Assembly (NCBI RefSeq): GCF_006345805.1
Contig: NW_021833268.1
Coordinates: forward strand, 13,923-77,922
DNA length: 64,000 bases
DNA from: Octopus sinensis
Lineage: Eukaryota
Direction of reading: 5' to 3'
Made by a program: the position numbers and the translations under genes. The first letter of the stretch is position 1. Every line of letters starts with the position of its first letter. Shown here piece by piece: positions 50,140 through 62,608 of this stretch. The notes under the pieces were generated by a model. It worked only from the letters and a program-made list of their open reading frames with translations, was not told the DNA's origin and did no database searches.

Positions 50140-50590
50140 ATCAGGACTCACAAAGAATAATCCCTAATTTGAGCCTACTCTAAGCTACTAAGAATGCGTG
50201 TGGCAACTTGAAGATCCACCCACCACATGCGATAGACTGGCAGGAAAGCTACGTTGTTATCCTCATTCTGTAAACGGTGGCTTTTAATGGGTGAAGAGCT
50301 GAACCATCCTGGGGTAGTGAGGATTTGCAATCTAGACTAGGGTCAGAAAGTTTACCACACCATAAGGGGTTACACCAAGGTTCCTCTGCTTTTTGGCAGA
50401 AGTAGGAAGAAAGAGTGAGAGAAGGTTGTGGTGAAAGAGTACAGCAGGGTTTATTCCCACCCTGCCGGAGCTTCGTGGAGCTTAGGTGTTTTTGCTTAAT
50501 AAACATTCACAATGCCCGATCTGGGAATCGAAACCTCACTCTTACAACCACGAGTCTGCTGCCCTAACCACTGGGCCATTGCACCTCCAC
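50140..50590 (-). mobile_element. SINE family C head with a third, different tail
   Basis: Head and middle (50395-50590) match 46255-46439; 50140-50390 matches neither other tail. Confidence 0.7.
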
Positions 50591-51104
50591 TGTTGCTGCT
50601 GCTATTTGTACTCTTAGTTTTGATGTTGATGGTGCTTTAGTTCAGTAGTATATCTTTCTAGAGAATACCCTTGGGAATTTTATGACCAGCTTCATCAGTA
50701 AAAATTTTTGTTTTATTTTTGTCCCCTGTTCTTCTTTTGAGAAGAAACCTAACTCTAAGCAACTTTTTACTGATCAATTTTTAGACACTATTTTCTAAAC
50801 CTGGAAAAGTATGTAAGGGGTGCAAATTTTGATTTTGCACCCCCTAAAAATTTTAGTTGGTGCAAGCGAACCTCCTGCACCCACTATTCCTGGGCCCTTG
50901 GTGTTTACCAGATTTTCTACTGCTGAAGAAAGCAAACAGATTGAAACCTTGTGATCTGGCAGTTCTGGCATCTATAGCAGATGATTCTCTTCTGCTAGAG
51001 ATATAAATAGTGTGCCCTTATGCACCATGCAGCCATATGTGAGTTTGTCTCAATAACACAGTATTCAGTGCTCTAATAATACATCCACATTAAGCTGAAT
51101 ATCA

Positions 51105-52640
51105 ATGGCAGAATCGTTAGCACGCCAGGCGAAATGCTTAGCGGTATTTCGTTTGCCATTACGTTGTGAGTTGAAATTCCGCTGAGGTCGACTTTGCCTT
51201 TCATCCATTCGGGGTCGATAAATTAAGTACCAGTTACGCACTGGGGTCGATATAATCGACTTAATCTGTTTGTCCGTCCTTGTTTGTCCTCTCTGTGTTT
51301 AACCCCTTGTGGGTAGTAAAGAAATAGGTATTTCGTCTGCCGTTACGTTCTGAGTTCATATTCTGCCGAGGTCGACTTTGCCTTTCATCCCTTTCGGGGT
51401 TGATTAAATAAGTACCAGTTATGCACTGGGGTCGATATAATCGACTTAATCCATTTGTCCTTGTTTGTCCCCTCTGTGTGTAGCCGCTTGTGGGCGGTAA
51501 AGAAATAAGTATTAATACAGCTTCTGCCACTAATTACACACACACACACACACATCTATATATTCTTTTATTCTTATACTTGTTTCAGTCATTTGACTGT
51601 GGTCATGCTGGGGCACCAGTTTTAGCTGAACAAATTGATCCCAGGACTTATTTTTTGTAAGCGTAGTACTTATTCTTATTTCTTTATTGCCCACAAAGGG
51701 CTAAGCATAGAGGGGACAAACAAGGACAGACAAAGGAATTAAGTCAATTATATCAACCCCAGTGATAAACTGATACTTAATTTATCGACCCCGAAAGGAT
51801 GAAAGGCAAAGTCGACCTCGGCGGAATTTGAACTCAGAACATAATGGCAGATGATATACCGCTAAGTATTTTGCCTGGTGAGCTAACGTTTCTGCTAGCT
51901 CTTCGCCTTAATCTATCAGTCTTTTTTGCCAAACTGTAAAGTTACGGGGATGTAAACATACCAGTATCGGTTGTCAGGCAATGTTGGGGGGACAAATACA
52001 GACACACAAACACACACACACAACAGGCTCCTTTCAGTTTCCGTCTACCAAATCCACTCACAAGGCTTTGGTCAGCCCGAGGCTATTATTATAAACGACA
52101 CTTGCCCAACATGCTATACAGTGGAACTGAACCTGGAACCATGTGGTTAATAAGCAAACTACTTACCACACGACCACACCTGTGCCTACAGCCACTTCTG
52201 CACCTAAATTTTAAAGATGTATTATTACCATTGTTATGATATTAATAAGGTGATAAAGAGGGTGAAATCAATTGATATTGAAGTATACATTACTTACTGA
52301 TGTATTCAATGTAAAAGTAAACCTGTTTCTCATATGTTCATAGCATTGCTCATACTCTTTACTCTTTTTACTTGTTTCAGTCATTTGACTGTGGCCATGC
52401 TGGAGCACCGCCTTTAATCGAGCAACTCGACCCCGGGACTTATTCTTTTGTAAGCCCAGTACTTATTCTATCGGTCTCTTTTGCTGAACCGCTAGGTGAC
52501 GGGGTCGTAAACACACCAGCATCGGTTGTCAAGCAATGCTAGGGGGACAAACACAGACGCACAAACATATATGTATATATATATATATATGACAGGCTTC
52601 TTTCAGTTTCCATCTACTAAATCCACTCACAAGGCTTTGA
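51105..52640. mobile_element. SINE cluster: B dimer 51105-51510 (+), A 51545-52190 (-) interrupted by B 51672-51910 (-), A 52350-52640 (-)
   Basis: Direct matches to the family sequences. Confidence 0.88.
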
Positions 52641-52785
52641 CCTTGATGGAATTTGAACTCAGAATGTAAAGATGGACAAAATGCTACTAAGAATTTTGCC
52701 CGGTGTGCTAACTATTCTGCCAGCTGACTGCTTTAACTCTCTAACAAATATTGCCATTGTGCAATGAATGATGCAATTGGAAGTA

Positions 52786-52961
52786 TTGCAGAGTCCTAGT
52801 CTAAAGACTTGCAGTGGAGTAGATTCTGTTAAAGACCCTGAAAAGCCGACAAAGCTCGTTTAAAACTGAGACATAGTCTAGGTATACCCCTATGTAAAAG
52901 AAAGTGGGTTAGGGCATTTTATCATGGTAACAGAACTAAATAGATTGTTTTACTGGACTCA
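52786..52961 (+). repeat. About 175-bp segment with an inverted copy at 55434-55609
   Basis: ttgcagagtcctagtctaaagac...tactggactc versus rc of tgactccagta...gactctgcaa. Confidence 0.9.
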
Positions 52962-53021
52962 GTGTCTCTTCCTCTTTGCTTACAAAAGAATAAGTACTGG
53001 GCTTACAAAAGAATAAATATA

Positions 53022-53168
53022 GAATACCAAACGAGTTCCCTATGGATACCGTATTTATTATAACGAGTGGCTTGTAAACGTATCTAACAAGCGAAAGCGA
53101 GTTAGATACATTTACAAGCCACGAGTTGTAATAAATACGGTATCCATAGGGAATGAGTTTGGTATTTT
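53022..53168. repeat. Palindromic element with symmetric GA mismatches and a GCGAAAGC apex
   Basis: Arms at 53022-53088 and 53101-53168; GCGAAAGC at 53091-53098. Confidence 0.9.
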
Positions 53169-53602
53169 ATTTATTACACACGAATAAACGACCATATTTT
53201 ATTAACCCAATAACTAAATTCTTCACGTTTAGTTGTAACTTATGAATGACAAAAGTATTCCGTCACCGTGTCCTCAGGTCATCACCATGGATTGACCAAT
53301 CAGAAGCAGCGCTGTCACCGTGACCTCGGGTCATCACCATGGATTGACCAATCAGAAGCAGCGCTTGCAGTATCTGACATATATGTTAGATACCAAAAAT
53401 ATCTCAAAGTGTTCTCACTCACATGTGTGTAATAAGTCCCGGACCCATGTGGTTGGTAAGCAAGCTACTTACCACATAGCCACTCCTGTGCTCATGTGTA
53501 TCTTTATTGTGAGTTTCTGGTGGTTTTCAAGCCATGGCTCTGATTTTAGCAAGTGGTGTTATATACCCTACTGAATATATATATTTCTTTTATTCTTTTC
53601 CT

Positions 53603-54239
53603 TGTTTCAGTCATTTGACAGCGGCCATGCGGGGGCACCACCTTTAGTCGAACAAACTGACCCCAGGACTTATTCTTTCTTAGCCTAGTACTTATAATAT
53701 CAGTATCTTTTGCTGAACCGCTAAGTTATAGGGATGTAAACACACCAGCATCGGTCACAGATGTTTCAGTCATTTGACAGCGGCCATGCGGGGGCACCAT
53801 CTTTAGTCGAACAAACTGACCCCAGGACTTATTCTTTGTTAGCCTAGTACTTATTCTATCAGTCTCTTTTGCCGAACCACTAAGTTACGGGGATGTAAAC
53901 ACACCAGCATCGGTCACAGATGTTTCAGTCATTTGACAGCGGCCATGCGGGGGCACCATCTTTAGTCGAACAAACTGACCCCAGGACTTATTCTTTGTTA
54001 GCCTAGTACTTATTCTATCAGTCTCTTTTGCCGAACCACTAAGTTACGGGGATGTAAACACACCAGCATCGGTCACAGATGTTTCAGTCATTTGACAGCG
54101 GCCATGCGGGGGCACCACCTTTAGTCGAACAAATTGACGCCAGGACTTATTCTTTGTTAGCCTAGTACTTATTCTATCAGTCTCTTTTGCCGAACCACTA
54201 AGTTACGGGGATGTAAACACACCAGCATCGGTCACAGAT
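53603..54239 (-). repeat. Tandem array of a SINE A 3' segment, period about 159 bp, 4 copies
   Basis: tgtttcagtcatttgacagcggcc recurs at about 53603, 53762, 53921 and 54080. Confidence 0.92.
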
Positions 54240-54559
54240 GAAATAGAATGATGAATGAGGGAGAAAAAGGTTAGCAGTTGAGTAGCTTAACACAGAAAGC
54301 ACAGATAACAGGAATATAATTGAAAGTGCAAATAGGAATTTAGATTTAATTTTTTTTTTTTGTTTCTTAATGTTTTTCTTTATTTTTCCTAAAATGTGAA
54401 ATTGATAAAAACGAAGGTGGAATTTGGTTGATGGTGGAGGAGGTACTTTCAAAAACAATTGTTAAATTTCAATCAAAATTTTAAATTCATATTTAACATT
54501 TTTGATACCAATCCGGCTGAAACTGGCTCTGGCTCTGAGTACTCAAATTGCGAGTAGAT

Positions 54560-54905
54560 GGCTTCCAGAGGAGAAGAGTAGAAATTGCCTCATTTTCAGC
54601 TCTACAACAATGTCCAGCAAACTGGACTCTTCTACCTTTCACAAGAGATGATACAGGTGGTAGTTTCCCATATATTTGTACTTTGGTTGGATGACGCTTC
54701 CACGAGAGATTTTAGCTCTCATAAGGAGGCGAGTGTAGGTTCCATCCAACCGCCTATCAAGCTTCTTTGATAACGTCCAAGTTTCTGAGCCATATAGTAG
54801 AATTGGTTCGACTGTGGCTTTGAAGATTTCAAGTTTGAAATCTCTACTTAGAGTTGATGACCAGATCTTATGCATGTCATTACAGGCTGACCAGGCCATA
54901 CCCTT
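54560..54905 (-). mobile_element. RTE-like LINE family 2, C-terminal fragment
   Basis: MAWSACNDMHKIW...ATVEPILLYGSETWTL; same family as 60640-61212. Confidence 0.85.
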
Positions 54906-55714
54906 TCTGATGATGATGATGATGATGATGGCTATGCCAGTGCTAATAATGATAATCGTGGGAGTGATAATGATGATGATATAAAAAGAATGAAACTTCA
55001 TCCATTGAGTTGTATTCCAAACAATATTTGCTGGAACAAAAGTTGTTTTAATTTATATAAATACCTTTGTGGGGTGAATCAACAATTAATATACAGAACC
55101 GGAGAATATTAATGTGGGACAATTAAAATAAGTAAATCATGAAAATTGATTAGTAAGAAGCTTGGAGAGAGTTTTTAGATTAGACAGTGAAATATGAACA
55201 ATCAATAGAAGAGAGAGACGTAACTTGATAGTGTCAAGTTTTCTGCTTTTGCTTAAATAGTATTTATAAATTTTAAGGTTATGGTAAGTGGTTGGAGTGA
55301 CGGAGGAGCAATAATAGCCCCAGCTGTAACCACAGTTACATTATGGAGTTGGAATATTCAATGAGATCTCCAAGCAGGCTATGAAAAGACATTGTTTTAA
55401 TTACAAGCTATCAAAGCAAAGAGGAAGAGACATTGACTCCAGTAAACCAATTTATTTAGTTCTGTTACCATGATAAAATGCCCTAACCCACTTTCTTTTA
55501 CATAGGGGTATACCTAATCTATGTCTCAGTTTTAAACGAGTTTTGTCGGCTTTTCAGGATCTTTGACAGAATCTACTCCACTGCAAGTCTTTAGACTAGG
55601 ACTCTGCAAAAGAGTACAAATGAAGATTGTTCTCTAGTTTGAGCTGACCATTAGATATGACAATGGTCCAGCTCTATAAGGGATGCTTTGGGCCACTGCC
55701 TTAATTGTTGGCTG

Positions 55715-56039
55715 TGAAGGCGTGTGGCTTAGTGGTTAGGGCATTCGGCTGACGATTGTAAGGTCGTGAGTTCAATTCCCGGCGACGTGATGTGTCCTTG
55801 TGCAAGACACTTTATTTCACATTGCTCCAGTCCACTCAGCTGGCAAAAATGAATTCTACCTGTATTTCAAAGGGCCAGCCTTGTCACATTCTGTGTCACG
55901 CTGAATCTCCCTGAGAACTACATTAAGGGTACACATGTATGTGGATTGCTCAGTTAGTAAGTTAATTCCATGAGCAAGCTGTTCCGTTGATTGTATCAGC
56001 TGGGACCCTCGTCGTCGTAACCGACGGAGTGCTCCTATA
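55715..56039 (+). mobile_element. SINE family D
   Basis: 13-bp TSD taattgttggctg (55702-55714, 56040-56052). Confidence 0.93.
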
Positions 56040-56339
56040 TAATTGTTGGCTGCTCTCCCATCACTAACCTACAGCAGTGTTACTTACATAAATTAAAGAT
56101 GTGGTTAGCATTAACCCATGAATTAGACTGTCTATCTCTACCTCCTTTTCCTGCCACACAACAGTCTCATAAGTCAAGCAAGGCACATAGGAGCTGTTTC
56201 TCTTCCTTTGATTACCATCCATCATCAGATCACTATTTTTATAAGTGTGACTGCAAAGACCCGACAAATAATGTGAGTTCATGACTGTTTCCTTCACATA
56301 GCAGCCCCAGCCCATCACAGGACGGCCTGCTGTGCTTAC

Positions 56340-56874
56340 CTTGGATTTTAGGGTGACCTGCTGTGCTTGAGGAGACCTATTGAGTCAAGTACATCAACAT
56401 CAAAATAAAAATAAAAGGGAAATTGTAGTTGTGATACCTGTGCCAGTGGCACATAAATGCACCAACCGATCGTGGTCGTTGCCAGCCTCGCCTGGCACCT
56501 GTGCCTGTGGCACATAAAAAGCACCCACTACACTTACAGAGGGGTTGGCGTTAAGAAGGGCATCCAGCTGTAGAAACACTGCCAGACCAGACTGGAGCCT
56601 GGTGCAGCCTCCTGGCTTCCCAGACCCTGGTTGAACCGTCCAACCTATGCTAGCGCGGAAAACGGACGTTAAACGATGATGATGATGATGATGCTACAGT
56701 TAGGGTTAGGGTTAGGGGTTAGGGGTGGGAGAAAAGGGTTTCTGTTATCTTCAGAAATGTAAACAAAGACACTTCCGGTACTTCCGGTACCTATACCGAA
56801 GGATCGCTGATGGTTCAGCTTTGCCCATACTGTCTTTAATTAGACATCATGTACCTAGAACTAAATCAGTCAAT
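56340..56874 (+). mobile_element. RTE 3' UTR (56340-56692) joined to a TTAGGG-containing repeat (56697-56874)
   Basis: (GAT)n tail directly followed by tagggttagggttagggg...cttccggtacttccggtacctatacc; inverted copy at 58714-59135. Confidence 0.85.
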
Positions 56875-57227
56875 ACGGACATTAAACGATGACGATGATG
56901 ATGATGATGATGATCATGATCCTGATGGCGGTGGTGGTGGTGGTGGTGGTTTTGGTGGTGGTGGTGGGAGTGTGAGAGAGGCAAACAACAAACTGTTTTC
57001 AACATAATATATTCTTTCCTTAAATCTGCTGCGAAATAGTGATAGAAAAAAAAACCCAAACCCAAAATATCAAACTGCAGATCAGGCTACATGCATGGCT
57101 CTGTTAGGGGTTCTAGCCAAACAAAAGATCCAGACTGGGAGTAACAGCTTAAAAAAAGAAAAACGATTGATTTTATAGCAATCTCATTAATTACAATGAT
57201 GAACCATTCTTTCCAATAAAATCTTTA

Positions 57228-57388
57228 GTGGCTGTGTAGTAAGTAGCTTGTTTACCAACCACATGGTTCCAGGTTCAGTCCCACTGTGTAGCACCTTGGG
57301 CAAGTGTCTTCTACTATAGCCTTGGCCGACCAAAGCTTTGTGAGTGGATTTGGTAGAAGGAAACTGAAAGAAGCCCGTCGTATATCTG

Positions 57389-57441
<53 letters not shown>

Positions 57442-57650
57442 TTGTGTGTCAGTGTTTGTTCCCCCAACATCGCTTGACAACTGATGCTGGTGTGTTTACG
57501 TCCCCGTAACTTAGCGGTTCGGCAAAAGAGTCCGATAGAATAAGTACTAGGCTTACAAAGAATAAGTCCTGGGGTCGATTTGCTTGACTAAGGGCGGTGC
57601 TCCAGCATGGCCGCACTTAAATGACTGAAATATGTAAAAGAGTAAAGAGT
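57228..57650 (+). mobile_element. SINE family A
   Basis: Matches the family A copies. Confidence 0.9.
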
Positions 57651-57848
57651 ATAACCAAATGTACCTGGGCTCATTGCAATTTGTTGCTGCTATTTAACCA
57701 CATGTCAACTCTGAGCAGACACATGAGGGAAGGCTCTCTGTTCATGATGATCACATCAAAACCAAATTGTCTAATGTATTATGTCCTTCTTTTTGGAAAA
57801 TGGTTTGTTGTGATGTTAGGGATTATTTAATTACTATTTCTAGCAAAT

Positions 57849-58110
57849 ATAGAGGCATGTGGCTTAATGGTTAGGGTGTCAGCATCATGATCGCAAGATT
57901 GTGGTTTCGATTCCTAGACCGGGCGACGCGTTGTGTTCTTGAGCAAAACACTTCATTTCACGTTGCTCCAGTTCACTCAGCTGGCAAAAATGAGTAACGC
58001 TGCGATGGACTGTCGTCCCGTCCAGCTGGGGAACGCATACGCCATTGAAACCGGGAAACCGGGCCCATGAACCTGGCTAGGCTTTAAAAGGGCGCATTTA
58101 TTTATTTTTT
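57849..58110 (+). mobile_element. SINE with family D head and V-domain-like tail
   Basis: 14-bp TSD tatttctagcaaat (57835-57848, 58111-58124); gcgatggactgtcgtcccgtccag. Confidence 0.9.
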
Positions 58111-58237
58111 TATTTCTAGCAAATGGAGTATAGAGGCCATCACATTACATGATTTAGCTGCTATATCTAACAGATGCAGTGACTACTTGGACACCATCCC
58201 TTCATGTAGTAAGGACTACTCTGCTTGTCCTTTTAAG

Positions 58238-58595
58238 ATGGCCGTTATGTTCTGAGTTCAAATTCCGCCGAGGTCGACTTTGCCTTTCATCCTTTCGGGG
58301 TTGATAAATTAAGTACCAGTTATGCACTGGGGTTGATATAATCGACTTAATCCCTTTGTCTGTCCTTGTTTGTCCCCTCTGTGTTTAGCCCCTTGTGGGT
58401 AGTAAAAGAAATATATATACAGTAGTCCTCAATTACAACGAGGGGGTATTGAAAAGTTCCTGGCTTTAAGGATGACGTGAAAGGCTTGGTTGGAGGTCCA
58501 ACCTTCTGAGTTCTTTAAAGGGCTTAGAAAAACTGAAGGACTGCTGTAATAAGTGTATGAATCTGAGAGGGGGATATGTTGAATAAGATCATAAT
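58238..58595 (+). mobile_element. SINE B plus mariner-like end, paralogous to 4015-4304
   Basis: Same SINE/flank junction tatatatacagt(a/t)gtcctcaattacaacgaggggg. Confidence 0.8.
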
Positions 58596-58713
58596 TAACT
58601 GATTCCTCCTGTGTTTTCTTTTACCGAAAGCCAAGATCTTTTCAGCACCCACCCCCTTGTACATCTGTAGGATTGAGACTAACCTGGTGCTAAACAATAA
58701 CAAGGAAAGACAC

Positions 58714-58893
58714 ATTGACTGATTTACTTCTAGGTACATGATGTCTAATTAAAGACAGTATGGGCAAAGCTGAACCATCAGCGATCCTTCGGTATAGGTA
58801 CCGGAAGTACCGGAAGTGTCTTTGTTTACATTTCTGAAGATAACAGAAACCCTTTTCTCCCAACCCTAACCCTAACCGTATCCCTAACTATAA

Positions 58894-58924
<31 letters not shown>

Positions 58925-59155
58925 GTTTAACGTCCGTTTTCTGCGCTAGCGCAGGTTGGACGGTTCGACCGGGGTCTGGGAAGCCAGGGGCTGCACCAGG
59001 CTCCAGTCTGATCTGGCAGTGTTTCTACAGCTGGATGCCCTTCCTAACGCCAACCACTCCACGAGTGTAGTGGGTGCTTTTTACGTGCCACTGGCACAGG
59101 TGCCAGGGGAGTCTGGCATCGGCCACGATCGGTTGATGCTTTTAATGTGGCCCTA
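58714..59155 (-). mobile_element. Inverted copy of the TTAGGG-repeat plus RTE 3' UTR composite
   Basis: 58714-58860 is nearly identical to rc of 56725-56874. Confidence 0.88.
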
Positions 59156-59223
59156 ACACAAACACCCCATATATATAAAAAAGCATTTTATTGAAATGCA
59201 TCTGGTACTTCCGGTACCTATAC

Positions 59224-59442
59224 CTATTTCTTTATTACCCACAAGGGGCTAAGCACAGAGGAGACAAACAAGGACAGACATAGGTATAAAATCGATTACA
59301 TCGACCCCAGTGCGTAACTGTATTTAATTTAGCATGAAAGGCAAAGTCGACCTCGGTGGAATTTGAACTCACAACGTAATGCAGACAAAATTCCACTAAG
59401 CATTTCGCCCGACATGCTACCGTTTCTGCCAGCTCACCGCCT
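59224..59442 (-). mobile_element. SINE family B
   Basis: 15-bp TSD ttccggtacctatac (59209-59223, 59443-59457). Confidence 0.92.
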
Positions 59443-60234
59443 TTCCGGTACCTATACTGAAGTTACGCCGAACCATCTTTGATTGTAGATCTGTCTACAT
59501 CAGAACTGCACCTGGGGCTAAACAACAAAAGCTGAAAGCTCAATTACAAATTTAATTCAGATGGTTATTCACCACATTAAACTAAAGAAAACAAGCCACT
59601 TCATTTGCATATTTAGAATTTTATGCCATTCTTTTCTGCATTGAAATTAATTATATATTCCAATTATCAATGATATGAACAAATAAAACAAACACAATCA
59701 ATGAACACAATTTGATTTTTTTTTTTCCTTTCTTTTGGTCACAGATTTAAAAACTGTAATTTCCAGATACACAGACATATTCCAGTACCTGCCTTTCATT
59801 CCCCCTTCTTCTCTCTCTCTACATTACTCACACACATTGGGTGATAGTATTCCATACTCATTCTCAAGGCTAATATTGAAATTAAAAAAAAAAGCAACAC
59901 TACTTTTGATGCCTCAATAATTAACCAGAATCAAATTGCTATTGCTTTGCAAATAAATTTTTATGTGGGAGCTTGAAGTTCTATAGACTCTTTCAACAGA
60001 TGATTGCACAGAATATGAAGAGAAAACTCAATATGTGTGCATAGTCAATATGCGCATTGCTTCAGTACAAAGGTCCATAGTATTAAGAGGGGTCTCTGTT
60101 TTGCCAATCAGATAAGTTGTAAATTGTAATCAATCTAGTATTTTATGTTGATTCATGTTTATGGGAATAAAAAGCATGTTTTCTATTTTAGTTTTATCAT
60201 ACTCAAAGCACAGGGTTTTGAAACAAAAGGGGAT

Positions 60235-62570
60235 GTGCGGTAAGTAGCTTGCTAACCAACCACATGGTTCAGGGTTCAGTCCCACTGCGTGGCACCTTGG
60301 GCAAGTGTCTTCTACTATAGCCCCGGGCCGACCAATGCCTTGTGAGTGGACTTGGTAGACGGAAACGGAAAGAAGCCCGTCGTATATATGTATATATATA
60401 TATATGTGTGTTTGTGTGTTTGTGTGTCTGTGTTTGTCCCCCTAGCATTGGTTGACAACCGATGCTGGTGTGTTTATGTCCCTGTCACTTAGCGGTTCGG
60501 CAAAAGAGACCGATAGAATAAGTACTGGGCTTACAAAGAATAAGTCCTTGGGTCTAGTTGCTCGACTAAAGGTGGTGCTCCAGCATGGCCGCAGTCAAAT
60601 GACTGAAACAAGTAAAAGAGTAAAAGAGTAAATAGAAAAAGGCAGGCAACAGGTTGCTTAGCCACATACCGAAAAATTAGAAATAGCAGTCAAAGACTTT
60701 ATTTCTATTTGCTACAAAGGGTATGGCCTGGTCAGCCTGTAATGACATGCATAAGATCTGGTCATCAAATCTAAGTAGAGACTTCAAACTTGAAATCTTC
60801 AAGGCCACAGTCGAACCAATTCTACTATATGGCTCAGAAACCTGGACGTTATCAAAGAAGCTTGAGAGGCGGTTGGATGGAACCTACACTCGCATCCTTA
60901 TGATGCTCAAAATCTCTCGTGGAAGCATCATCCAACCAAAGTACAGATATATGGGAAACTACCACCTGTGTCATCTTTTGTGAAAGGTAGGAGAGTCCAG
61001 TTTGCTGGACATTGTTGTAGAGCTGAAAACGAGGTAATTTCTACTCTTCTCCTCTGGAAGCCAGAGGGTGCACACTCTCCTACCCTGATGTAATCTCCAG
61101 GGATACAGGCATCCAGCAACAGGACCTCTGTAATGCCATGATGGACCGTGAAGTCTGGCGTAGCATGGTAAATTCCATTGTCTCGACCACGGTCGAACAA
61201 TGATGATGATGACAAATAAGTCTCCACGAGTGGCTGTGTGGTAAGTAGCTTGCTAACCAGCCACATGGTTCCGGGTTCAGTCCCACTGCGTGGCATCTTG
61301 GGCAAGTGTCTTCTGCTATAGCCCTGGGCCGACCAATGCCTTGTGAGTGGATTTGGAAGACGGAAACTGAAAGAAGCCTGTCGTATATATATGTATATAT
61401 ATATGTGTGTGTGTGTGTGTTTGTCCCCCTAGCATTGCTTGACAACCGATGCTGGTGTGTCTACGTCTCCGTCACTTAGCGGTTCGGCAAAAGAGACTGA
61501 TAGAATAAGTACTGGGATTACAAAGAATAAGTCCTGGGGTCGATTTGCTCGACTAAAGGTGGTGCTCCAGCATGGCCGCAGTCAAATGACTGAAACAAGT
61601 AAAAGAGTAAAAAGAGAGAGTATACGACATATCCCTGTAATTCACATATGCAAAACAGAAGGAAGAAATAACGAAAACAAAGTCTAACAGTTATTTACGA
61701 ACACGTTTCTAGATTAGGAATATAATAAAATATCAATTCTATGTCCTACGTCAGTGTAAACTTCCACTAAAATAGATTTATCAAATGCTACATACCTCCA
61801 CTTCTCAATCAGGCGACATCAAAATAGTTGAAGAAAGCAAGCATAGGCCAAACCTAAATGTTGTATGCTTCACCACATACCGAAAGAAGCCTGTCGTATA
61901 TATGTATGTATGTATATATATGTGTGTGTGTGTATGTGTTTGTGTGTCTGTGTTTGTCCCCCTAGCATTGCTTGACAACTGATGCTGGTCTGCTTACATC
62001 CCTGTAACTTAGTGGTTTGGCAAAAGAGACCGATAGAATAAGTACTAGGCTTACAAAGAATAAGTCCTGTGGTCGATGTGCTCAACTAAAGGTGGTGCTC
62101 CAGCATGGCCACAGTCAAATGACTGAAACAAATAAGAGTAAAAGAGTATCATCATCATCATCATCGTTTAACATCTGCTTTCCATGCTAGCATGGGTTGG
62201 ACAAATCTATTTATATATATACATACATACTGCGTGGCATCTTGGGCAAGTGTCTTCTGCTATAGCCTCGGGCCGACCAAAGCCTTGTGAGTGGATTAGG
62301 TAGACGGAAACTGAAAGAAGCCTGTCGTATATATTTATATATATATATGTATGTGTGTTTGTTTGTGTGTCTGTGTTTGTCCCCCTAGCATTGCTTGACA
62401 ACCGATGCTGGTGTGTTTACATCCCCGTCACTTAGCGGTTCGGCAAAAAGAGACCGATAGAATAAGTACTGGGCTTACAAAAAGTCCCGGGGTCGAGTTG
62501 CTCGACTAAAGGCGGTGCTCCAGCATGCTGCAGTCAAATGACTGAAACAAGTAAAAGAGTAAAAGAGTAA
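60235..62570 (+). mobile_element. SINE A copies (60235-60635, 61228-61615, 61885-62148, 62230-62570)
   Basis: Direct matches to the family A sequence. Confidence 0.9.
60640..61212 (+). mobile_element. RTE-like LINE family 2, 3' fragment with (GAT)n tail
   Basis: ORF 60723-60983 ILLYGSETWTLSKKLERRLDG, then FAGHCCR and a tgatgatgatga tail. Confidence 0.85.
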
Positions 62571-62577
62571 TATATAA

Positions 62578-62608
<31 letters not shown>

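Noticed and set aside
49519-50183. Long K/E/R-rich and F/S/L-rich ORFs; likewise the YI/HT/VC ORFs at 4812-5156, 5369-5721 and 16147-17036
   Set aside because: They are translations of simple repeats that lack stop codons by composition.
56697-56727. Telomere or interstitial telomeric array (also 423-443 and 58861-58890)
   Set aside because: Only 3-4 imperfect units, always embedded in the same repeat family.
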